The position numbers and the translations under genes were made by a program. From Squalus acanthias (Eukaryota), in assembly GCA_030390025.1 (NCBI GenBank), contig JASTWF010000035.1, forward strand, positions 62,001 through 126,000: a DNA stretch of 64,000 nucleotides, read 5' to 3'. Of the stretch, positions 37,123 through 45,747 are shown piece by piece (positions within the stretch are counted from its first letter, which is position 1; the number at the start of each line of letters is the position of its first letter). Under the pieces are notes generated by a model, which saw nothing but the letters and a program-made list of their open reading frames with translations, did no database searches and was not told where the DNA came from.

Positions 37123-37300
37123 GTTTTACTCTTCTTAAACCAACAGAATCCCAAATAGTTAACTTTTCCCCTTCACTTAAACTGCTTAAGTACTCTTATC
37201 AAGAATGATTTAAAGAGAACTAACAATTAAAGAACTACTCCCACTTACCCAAACTCACAGCACTCTCTGCTGACTTGTACTCAGTGCTGGCTCGCACTCA

Positions 37301-38242
37301 CAATTTGGTCTTATCGATCTCAGCAAAATCGAATTCGTAAAACTTTTGAAATGTTTCCCTAAAGTGGGCTTGATATAGTTTGGCGGTCTCTGCAGGGCAC
37401 GACATGGACAAGTGCACCTCAGTGAGATTTAAGATCACCGAGGCCACCGCGTAATGCACCCCTTGATAGAGCACCTGGTCTGTGGGTACCAGCACCAGGC
37501 CGTTCCCTGGTCCCTTGGTGGTGGCAGGGCATCCCTCTGCTACAGTCCGTGACATCGGGGTCATGGGCAGGGGCTGTCGGGGACGGGTCACTAATTCAGT
37601 GGCATTAACCGAGATTGGGGAGTTTGGGATCGCGCATGCGTCCAGGCGCGACCCCCAGTCCATCCCCCTCCCGTTATCCTGCCACTGGCTGTGGAAAATG
37701 ATGGAAATGCCCGTGGGGCAGACTCTCTCTGAACCCCACATACAGACATAGATCCCCTGATCCGGTTCCCACCATTTGTCCCAGCACACACTTAACCCTC
37801 CCTGGGTCCCCGTGATGGTCCTGTGGGTGTCGTTCCCTAACCTTTCCCATTCTACCCTGGGGTTCCCCATGTCTTTGCTTAATTTTCTGAGCCACCACCA
37901 CCTATCCAGGGGAACGTTGCCCTTACATGATAAACAAATCCTTCTGCCCACGGTGACGCTGATCCTTGGGGTGACGATCCGTATCCTCGGGCACTGGAGG
38001 GAGGCCTCCCCATATGTAAAACCGGTCTGGCTCGAGTACTGGGTCGAGTTTGACCCCAGCCATCCAGACCAGCTCCCCTCGTGAGTATACGAGGCAATTT
38101 CATCCGCCTCGCGTAGGCCACTTCCATCGTGGGCTAGGGGCGTCGTCCTTCCGGAGCATCCGAAGATGCGGTGGTCCTCGGTGTCGCCCCTTCTCGCGAG
38201 GCTCAGCCCAGACAGGGCGAGCAAGATCAGGCCTCCGAACAT
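37301..38242 (-). CDS. env: env, N-terminal part: signal peptide, Ig V-set-like domain, Pro/Thr linker, F2-like segment
   Basis: MFGGLILLALSGLSLA signal peptide; C106-W117-DQGIYVC167; splice acceptor (ttctttattttttttcag) 17 nt upstream of the ATG; the terminating TGA belongs to the CR1 5' end. Confidence 0.85.
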
Positions 38243-38497
38243 TTCCCCTTTTCAATTGCCTGAAAAAAAATAAAGAACATCTAGCCAGGCTCCCTATAGG
38301 CTCCTTGGCTGGGGTGAAGTGTGAGCGGGTCCCTCGACCTCAGCTCACATGGACAAACACACATACACTGGAACGGTTCCATCTTAAAACTGCTACACGG
38401 TTCTGCACCTTAAAATCAAACTCAACAATCTAACTTAAAACTACAAACTTCTCAGACCAAGTTCTGTACATTTGCCGCCCGTCTCCGGACGGCTAGC

Positions 38498-40616
38498 CTA
38501 ACTCCTGTCAGGACTGCGGCAGGCTGCTCCCTGCAGCGTGGCTGTACGGACTCTTACTTCTGGTCCTCCACAGCCTGCGACTGTTGGCTGGGGACCTGTG
38601 TCTTTTAACCTAACTTTTGCTCGGGAGGTCGCCCCTTTAAACTGGAGAGTCGGCGACCATGCCTTCCTAGGTTGGGGTGTCCGAGGGGACCTCCTAGGAA
38701 GTGCTATAGGTGGGGCTCCCCCGGCGAGTGGACTCTTGCCGTGGGTCGCAGTCCTCGCTGGCTGGGGGCTTTTCCCCCGTGGCTCCTCCCCTCCCAAGTC
38801 TGAGCTGGGGACAGGCAATCCCTCGCTGCCTGCTGCTGTTGGCTGAGAGTCCTCGCCTCCAGAACCTTCAAAACCTGGGTCGGGGGCGGGGCTATCTGGT
38901 TCAGGCTCCTCCTCCTCCCCACCTGAGTCCCAGAAGAGAGGGGGGGTGGTTCGAACAGGGGCCTGGGTGACTCCTCCCTCAACGCACGCAACTGTACCTG
39001 AGCGTGTTGCCTGCGAGCTGAGACCTGCTGGGAGCTGAGGACTTCTAACCTCGGGTTGGGTCCCAGCCGCCTGCTTCTTCGCCTCCGGCTTATACAGCTT
39101 GCACTGGTTTATGTGAAACCATTTCGTGCGCCGGGGCAATTTTATTGCGTAAACCATGGGGCTGGCTTTATCCACTACGCTATAGGGTTCCAACGTTCAG
39201 TGGCTCAAAACTCCCCACGCGGGCGTAGTTCCTTACCATTACCAGGTCCCCTATCTCCCATTGATGTGTTTTATTAGGTGCGAGCAGCAGTCGGTTATTC
39301 CGATGCTGCTTCCCCATGCTACCTGCGGCCTGTTCCTAAATCTGTTTCAGGCGCTCAAGGAGCGTTCGGGCGAATTGGTCCCGGTTTACCTCCCGAAGTT
39401 GCCCTTCCGTAAGAACTGGGGCTAGGACGTGAGTGGGGGTCCTCATGACCCTGCCGGTCATGAGCTCGTGCGGGGAATACCCCGTACTCTTTGACTGACT
39501 GGCTCGGATCCCCATGAGGACTAGGGGCAGGACCTCCACCCATTTTTGGGGCGAGTCCATGGTCTCCTTCCTCAACTTTTCCTTGATGGTGCGGTTCATA
39601 CGTTCCACAATCCCGGAGGACTGTGGATTGTGGGCCACGTGCCACTTCCCCCGAATACCGAGCAGCATAAGGGTGTTCTGCATGACTTGGCCGGTGAAGT
39701 GGCTTCCCTGGTCGGACTCCATAAACTGGGGTAGTCCCCACCGCGAGAACACCTCCCGTACCAAGATCCTTGCAGTGCCCAGTGCTGTGGCTGTTCTACA
39801 GGGGAAGGCTTCTACCCACTTGGAGAACTCGTCCACCAGGACGAGGCAGTATTTGTAGCCTCCCTGGGCGCACACGCAGGGATCTTGTTGTTGAGCACCC
39901 GATAGTCCACTGTGGCTCTCCATGAATTGTCCGGTTTCCTGACCAGCCAAAGCGGAGAATTAACATGAGTGGCTATGGGCCTCAACACTCCCTGCTGTAC
40001 CAGCGAGGATATGGCTATCTCCATATCAGGCTCTGCTTCCCTGGGGAAGTTATACTGCTTCTGGGGCCGGGCCATGGGGTCCCCGTCTACCCTGACCTCG
40101 AACCCAGTGACCCTCCCGCAGTCATGTTTGTGCATGACGAACGCAGCTAGGTGAGCCTGCACGAATGCTTTAAATTCCTCCGGGACACCCTCCACCATGA
40201 GCCCGAGGTCGTAACCTTCTTTCGGCTTCACAGTACACAGGGTTCCCTTCCCCTCCTTTCCTGGGATTACTACCACGCCGTTCTCCTTACCCGTATCAGG
40301 CCCCCCAAAGGCAATGATTTCGGAGATCCACGAGGATCCCGTGGCCCACGATGAAGTCGGCCCCTAGGATCCCCTTTCCTCCCTCCGCTTCCCACCTCGC
40401 CAGGACACATGTCCACTTGGTCTGGAGTGGACCCAGGCGGACTGAGAGCGGTTTGGAGAATTCTCCCGCCTGCTCCTTGCCGGTGAACCCCGATAGAACG
40501 TATGGAACCCCGCTAGACAGAGGTGAGGTGGTGGGATTAGCTGCGTGGATTACAGTGCATGATGCCCCCGTATCCAGCAGATAAGTCCCTTTAACCTTCT
40601 CTACCTCTATCTGCAC
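38498..40616 (-). pseudogene. pol: Defective pro-pol: aspartic protease, RT N-terminus fused by deletion to the integrase core, GPY/F-like C-terminus
   Basis: LLDTGA and GILGADF (protease); NSPLWLVRKPDNSWRATVDYRVLN (RT start); VDEFSKWVEAFP, SDQGSHF, SGIVERMN (integrase); frameshift in the G-run at ~40301; stop at 39336. Confidence 0.9.
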
Positions 40617-40679
40617 GAGCGGTCTCTTCCATCCATCATACCGGAGAGCACACAGGTAGACAGGCTGCGCGGCCTCCAG

Positions 40680-42607
40680 TCATTGCGGGGCGTCGTCAGA
40701 GGGGGCTGAGGGAACTGCCACACCGGTAGTGGCGGCTATCTTCCCCTGACCGGCCAGGAGAACCCGCAGTGATTCTAGAATGCTCTCTACTGTGGGGGTC
40801 CCAGTGTCTACCTTTGGGCCTGGAGCTGTGGAGCTCTTTCCCTTGGTGTCCTTCCAGGGGTTTTTGCAATCTTTGCGCCAGTGGCCATCCTTCCCACAGC
40901 CATAGCAGTTTAACTTATTCTGGGAGGGACGGTTTCCCTCCTGGTGCCACTCTTTCTTATTCTGGCCCCCAGGTTTAACCTCGTGGACTTTCCCTTTGGG
41001 CTGGGGCGTCTCAATTCCCCTCCCGTTATTTCTAAATGCTACCGTGAGCTGGCGGATCACCGTTTCTTCGGTGGTCTGGGGGTTTCGGGGGTCAAACCAG
41101 GCCGCAGCCTGGGCTCGGATTTGGGGCAGGCAGTTTGTCATGAGACAACGGAGCCAGTGGGCCGATTGGTCTCTGTTTAGGAACGTCCGCACTGGCGTTC
41201 CCGGGCACGCGCTCTGGTAGACTGGCCACAGCCTGTCTGCGAATGCCTGCGGGGACTCCCCGGGGAGCTGTACCGTTTTTTCCACTCGGGCGAACGGACT
41301 CCCATCATTTAGTCCCATGGCCTCCAATATCTCATCCCTTAACTCCTCGTAGTCTTTCTGTCCCTTCTTACACTCATCCGATCGGGTTTGGAGGAGATCA
41401 CTACCCAGAGAGAACAGCAGCATTTTTGCTTGTTCTGCCTCATCGCAGTCATTCACGCACGCTGCCTGTTCTATCTCCCGGAAATGTAGAGAGGGGTCCC
41501 CCCTCACTGTGAGCTTAGGGATTGTCCAACCATGGCTCTGAGCTGTTGGGTACCATGCGGCACTACAAACTGGTTCTGGATGGCCCCTAGGTCCTCGCCA
41601 TCGGCTGGCGGGCCGTACCTCCGTTGTTTGAGGGGGTACACTGGTCCCGGACCCGGTCTATCCCCTAGGGCCTGCTGGGTCTCCCCTAATGCTCCATCCT
41701 CCACCCACCCCTGCTGCCAGGCCTCCTGAAAACTCGGGGCTATGGGTGGCGGTCGTGAAACCTCTGATTCCCTAACCAGTGCCTTTCTGGGAGCTGCCTG
41801 TGGGACTTCCCTGCTTGGGTTGCCAGTAAAATCCAACTGGCCTGTCTTCGGGCTAATGAGGCATACCATGCCCTTCGCCCTTACTAAAGCCATGCCCAAG
41901 CTTTCTATTTCTTGCCTGCAGGGCCCGTGATCTGCGTCTTCAAACCCCTGGGCACAAGCCAGCTTATATGCTGCTTTTACTTCGCCTACTTTCTCCTCCT
42001 GCTCTTTCAATTCTTGCGTGAGGCTGGAAATCTTGTCCATTGATCTAACCTCACTACCTCTCGCCTCTCTGACCTGGTATTCCAGGTGTTCCATCCTGTG
42101 CCTAGCGCTACCTTTGAGCTCAGCGATCCGGTCTTCCAGGCGCTCTGACTTTGCCTGGTGTTCCCTTTGAGCTTCAACGGCCCGGGCCCTCATACGCTCT
42201 AACTCAGCCTGATGGTCACGTGCCGTCTGTGCCCTCTCTTGGCTTACTGCCTTGAGGGCCACGATTACTTTCTCCTCCGCTGCAGTCTTTTCCTGCAGCT
42301 CTCGGGTCAACTGTTTGATCTTGGCGGCTCGTGTTGCAACAGCACGGTCTAACATGAAAACCTGCTTTTTCAAACACATGAGCCAGAGCGCCTTTTCAAT
42401 ACCTCTCCTGTACTCTTTACTTGCTGTCCACTGGGCAGCTGCATCTAGGGGGCGCTCGGCTTTTAACATATCGCACACCCATTTTTTTGCGATATTTACT
42501 TTGCCGCATACATAGGTCGATAACCTACGCTCCATTTCGGATTCCTCCTCCGCAACGCTGTCTGCCTGATCACACGCTTTCGCCTGGGCTCCTGGCTGGC
42601 TCGCCAT
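40680..42607 (-). pseudogene. gag: gag: N-terminal coiled coil, capsid, CCHC zinc knuckle; one frameshift near 41522
   Basis: ORFs 41504-42607 and 40680-41507; QLPGESPQAFADRL (major-homology-like) and CYGCGKDGHWRKDC. Confidence 0.88.
42589..42606 (-). promoter_or_regulatory. Primer binding site for tRNA-Arg(ACG)
   Basis: + strand CTCCTGGCTGGCTCGCCA equals the last 18 nt of vertebrate tRNA-Arg(ACG); 4 nt from the LTR end. Confidence 0.9.
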
Positions 42608-42610
42608 TTC

Positions 42611-43642
42611 TGTAAGGGGTTTTTGTCTCGGACTTATTTGTAGGTCAGCCAGTTATGTTTTCCTGGACTTTCCTGCCCGCTGTGCGGTTGCGAATCACTA
42701 TCCCCTTCCTAGTTCTGAGCTCAGGACTTATCGAGCGGCGATAAGGACAAATGAACAGACCCGTGGATTGGTGCGAGGAAAACCAATGTTTATTTACAGA
42801 AGTAAAACTACAGAGAAACAGTATCATATGAAGACGGTTTTACACTTAGCATGGGAAGAGATTGGACATATCGAGGGAAAATCCTAAAATTACAATTTAT
42901 AGCAATATCCCCATTAATCCCCACCCTTATGCCTAACTAAAATTGTCTTGCGACAGCCAGAAGAAAGATAATGCTCACCAGTGGAATGGATGGAAAAACC
43001 TGGCCCGGTGCTCTGTTTCTGCCGTCGACACGTGGCTCTGAAGTTTCTGCGAGTCTTCTTTCTTAGCTGCTGGCAGACAGAACGAACCGAGGGTCCAGGC
43101 AGAGAGAGAGAAAAATGGCTGGGTCTTCCCAGTTATACCCACTCCGGTCGCTCTAATCTTCCCACCGATCAGCACATTTCTATTGTCTGATCTGGGCATG
43201 ATGAATTTTAACAAAAGGTACTGGTCTCGGCCCATCATGCTAGATGGCCGGTAATGGTGTGATACCAGTTCTTCAACTGCCACCCTATTGTTCGACAGGT
43301 TGGATGATTGTCCAGAACAGTTCCGTTGATGGGCCCAGCGCCGTCTCAATGTCTCCGCTGATTACTTGAGCAAACACCTTGAAAGCCTTATGCATAGACC
43401 TGATTGTAATGCATAAGGAAAGGTCCTGTCCTGTTGCAGACATCGGAATACACAAACTGATAGCTTCCCAGCGTCTGAAATGAAACTGCCAGGCTCTCGG
43501 TCACGAGGCCTGACCGCGGCCATTTTATGCCCTGGATTTTAAAACTCAGTCTGATCAGGGTTTCTTTATTAATAAGTCCAACAACAAACATCTTCGGGGG
43601 GGAGGGGGGGGGGGAACACATGAAATTTTGCGAATCCTTTCA
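42611..43642 (-). repeat. Provirus 5' LTR (1032 bp)
   Basis: TGAAAGG...CTTACA on minus; TATAAC near 43135, GGTGAG donor-like motif at 42974-42979, AATAAA at 42789-42794. Confidence 0.92.
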
Positions 43643-44292
43643 TGAGAGTAAACTAGCGAGAGACATAAAAACAGACTGTAAAAGCTTCTATAGGTATGTA
43701 AAAAGGAAAAGATTAGTGAAAGTAAATGTGGGTCCCTTACAGGCTCAGGCAGGAGAAATTATAATGGGGAATAAGGAAATGGCAGTGAAATTAAACAAAT
43801 ACTTTGGGGTAAAAATTCAGTTGGTTGCGCCTCCCGTTAGCGCATTAAAAGGGCGCTAATGGGGCGTTAAGGCGCTAACGCCCGGGCGCAGCGCTGTTTG
43901 CGCCGCTCGAGAACTTAACTTGAGATTGTGCGGCGGCGCTAAAGCTTACCGCTGCGACCACCTGCGCGCGCAGATTGTGACGTCATTCCGTGGTGCAACG
44001 CCCTTGGGGCGCCCCGGAGCGGAAATTGAGTGGCGCCCCTGCCTTACCGCCTGGCGCTTCCAACGACCGGAAGACTGGAACGTTATCAATCGGTGTGGGG
44101 CTGGGGGGGGCGCTATTTAAAGGGGGCCTCTTCCTGTCTTTTTCTGTGGTCGACATTTATGCACCACTCGTTCTGAGAGAGAGAGAGACTTCTACATTGA
44201 CTCAACGCTTTGTGAGGTAGTTTTGCCTAGTTCATCCTAACTTTGCTTCTACTTTCGTTGCTGTACCTCATTACTTTTCTGGCAAAGAGAAT

Positions 44293-45453
44293 ATGGGGGC
44301 TGCAATGATTGGGGGCGTCGTCCTGCTCCAGCTCAATCGGAGGATAGTGAGACGCAGACAGAGAGTGGCAATGATGGCCAGACGGAGGAGGGCCATCAGG
44401 CGCATGTACAGGAGAGCTTACCCTCCCAGGGTATATCGTGAACAGCTCTCCTACATCCACATGTCCGAGGAGCTGTGTTTGCGAAGGCTGCGATTCAGCA
44501 AGGAGGTGGTCACTGAGCTCTGCCACCTGCTGCAGCCAGATCTGCAGCCTCAGCTGAGGTCCAGGACGTCTCTGTCGGTGGCAGTGAAGGTCACAGTGGC
44601 TTTGAACTTCTACGCCACTGGCTCATTCCAAGCTGCTGTTGGGGACCTCGCCAATATCTCCCAGTTTGCGGTGCATCGCTGCATCCGGCAGGTCACCAAT
44701 GCCCTCTTCACAAGGAGACGAGACTTCATCTCCTTCCCTATGACCCCAGACAAGCAGCGTGACCGCGCTCTGGGCTTTGCGAGGGTAGCGGGCTTCCCCA
44801 TGGTGCAGGGCGCCATTGACTGCACGCATGTGGCTTTGCGTGCTCCGCGAGAGAATGCAGAGGAGTTCCGGAACAGAAAGGGGTTCCATTCCTTGAATGT
44901 GCAGTTGGTCTGTGACCACAGACAGGTGATTCTCGCTGTCAATGCCCACTATCCGGGCAGCTGCCATGATGCTTTCATCCTGCGCCAGAGTACTGTGGCA
45001 GAAATTTTCGAGGCACCGCATCAGCCAGTTGGTTGGCTTCTGGGGGACAAGGGGTACGCATTGAGCACCTGGCTGATGACACCGCTCCGTGCGCCAAACA
45101 CCCCTGCTGAGCTGCGGTACCAGGAAAGCCAACAAGCAACCAGGAACATTATTGAGCGCACAATCGGCGTGCTCAAACAACGATTCCGCTGTCTGGACCA
45201 TTCCGGAGGAGCCCTGCAGTACTCGCCTGAGCAAGTTTCCAAATTCGTAGTGGTGTGCTGCATGTTGCACAACATGGCAATCCTCAGGACGCAGCCAATG
45301 CCACCAGGCCTTGCAGCACCACAAGAGGAGGAGGAGGAAGAGGAGGAACAGGCCGAGGACGATGATCAGCAGCAGCACCAAGGCAGGAGGGCGGCCCACA
45401 ATGGTCAAACTGCAAGGGCCGTCCGTCAACGACTAATAGCAAGCCGCTTCTAG
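44293..45453 (+). CDS. Harbinger DDE transposase (HARBI1-like family), intact 386 aa
   Basis: GAIDCTH, NRKGFHSLNVQLVCD, PGSCHDAFIL, LLGDKGY, IERTIGVLKQRFRCL, CCMLHN motifs. Confidence 0.95.
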   Translation: MGAAMIGGVVLLQLNRRIVRRRQRVAMMARRRRAIRRMYRRAYPPRVYREQLSYIHMSEELCLRRLRFSKEVVTELCHLLQPDLQPQLRSRTSLSVAVKVTVALNFYATGSFQAAVGDLANISQFAVHRCIRQVTNALFTRRRDFISFPMTPDKQRDRALGFARVAGFPMVQGAIDCTHVALRAPRENAEEFRNRKGFHSLNVQLVCDHRQVILAVNAHYPGSCHDAFILRQSTVAEIFEAPHQPVGWLLGDKGYALSTWLMTPLRAPNTPAELRYQESQQATRNIIERTIGVLKQRFRCLDHSGGALQYSPEQVSKFVVVCCMLHNMAILRTQPMPPGLAAPQEEEEEEEEQAEDDDQQQHQGRRAAHNGQTARAVRQRLIASRF

Positions 45454-45747
45454 GGCCCCTGCCATTGCTACAAACACGAATCAACCCAGCAGGCAACCCC
45501 TAAGCCGGCCAAGGCACCAATAATTCCAACCACCAGCCATGTATATTTTGAATACAGAAACTTATTTATTGTACAAACTCTGTGTGTGTCAATTCCTCAT
45601 GACAAACTCATAGAAATAAACACAAAAAAACAGTCAATAACATAACTGGTTCTCACAACCTGGAGATAATGTCCAAAACACTAAACAAAAGTTGGGCCAT
45701 GAACCTCGGCCTTTAATAAAAAAATGACCAGCATTTTGGCACACCTC

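Larger units (their letters stand above)
29181..37300 (-). mobile_element. Full-length CR1 LINE (CR1-A) inserted in env; ORF1 35711-36655, ORF2 split (34359-35663 + 29281-30912)
   Basis: ORF1 with CxxC zinc finger and SGNH esterase; ORF2 halves join in frame at NKYF|GSVF; (TTTCTATG)n tail at 29181. Confidence 0.93.
26461..43642 (-). mobile_element. Endogenous retrovirus-like provirus (lokiretrovirus-like): LTR-PBS-gag-pro-(deleted pol)-env-PPT-LTR with nested LINEs
   Basis: Two homologous ~1-kb TG...CA LTRs, PBS, PPT, and gag/pro/RT/IN/env ORFs in retroviral order on minus. Confidence 0.92.

Noticed and set aside
41504..41530. Programmed frameshift within gag
   Set aside because: No X XXY YYZ slippery site; a 1-nt deletion restoring GQIPKLTVRGDP is the simpler explanation.
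42589..42606. tRNA gene (also the match at 1098-1111)
   Set aside because: Only the 3'-terminal 14-18 nt including CCA, adjacent to an LTR end: primer binding sites.
44293..45453. Domesticated host HARBI1 gene
   Set aside because: Lies within TIRs and a TSD, has a convergent Myb partner and interrupts a CR1; it is a transposon copy.
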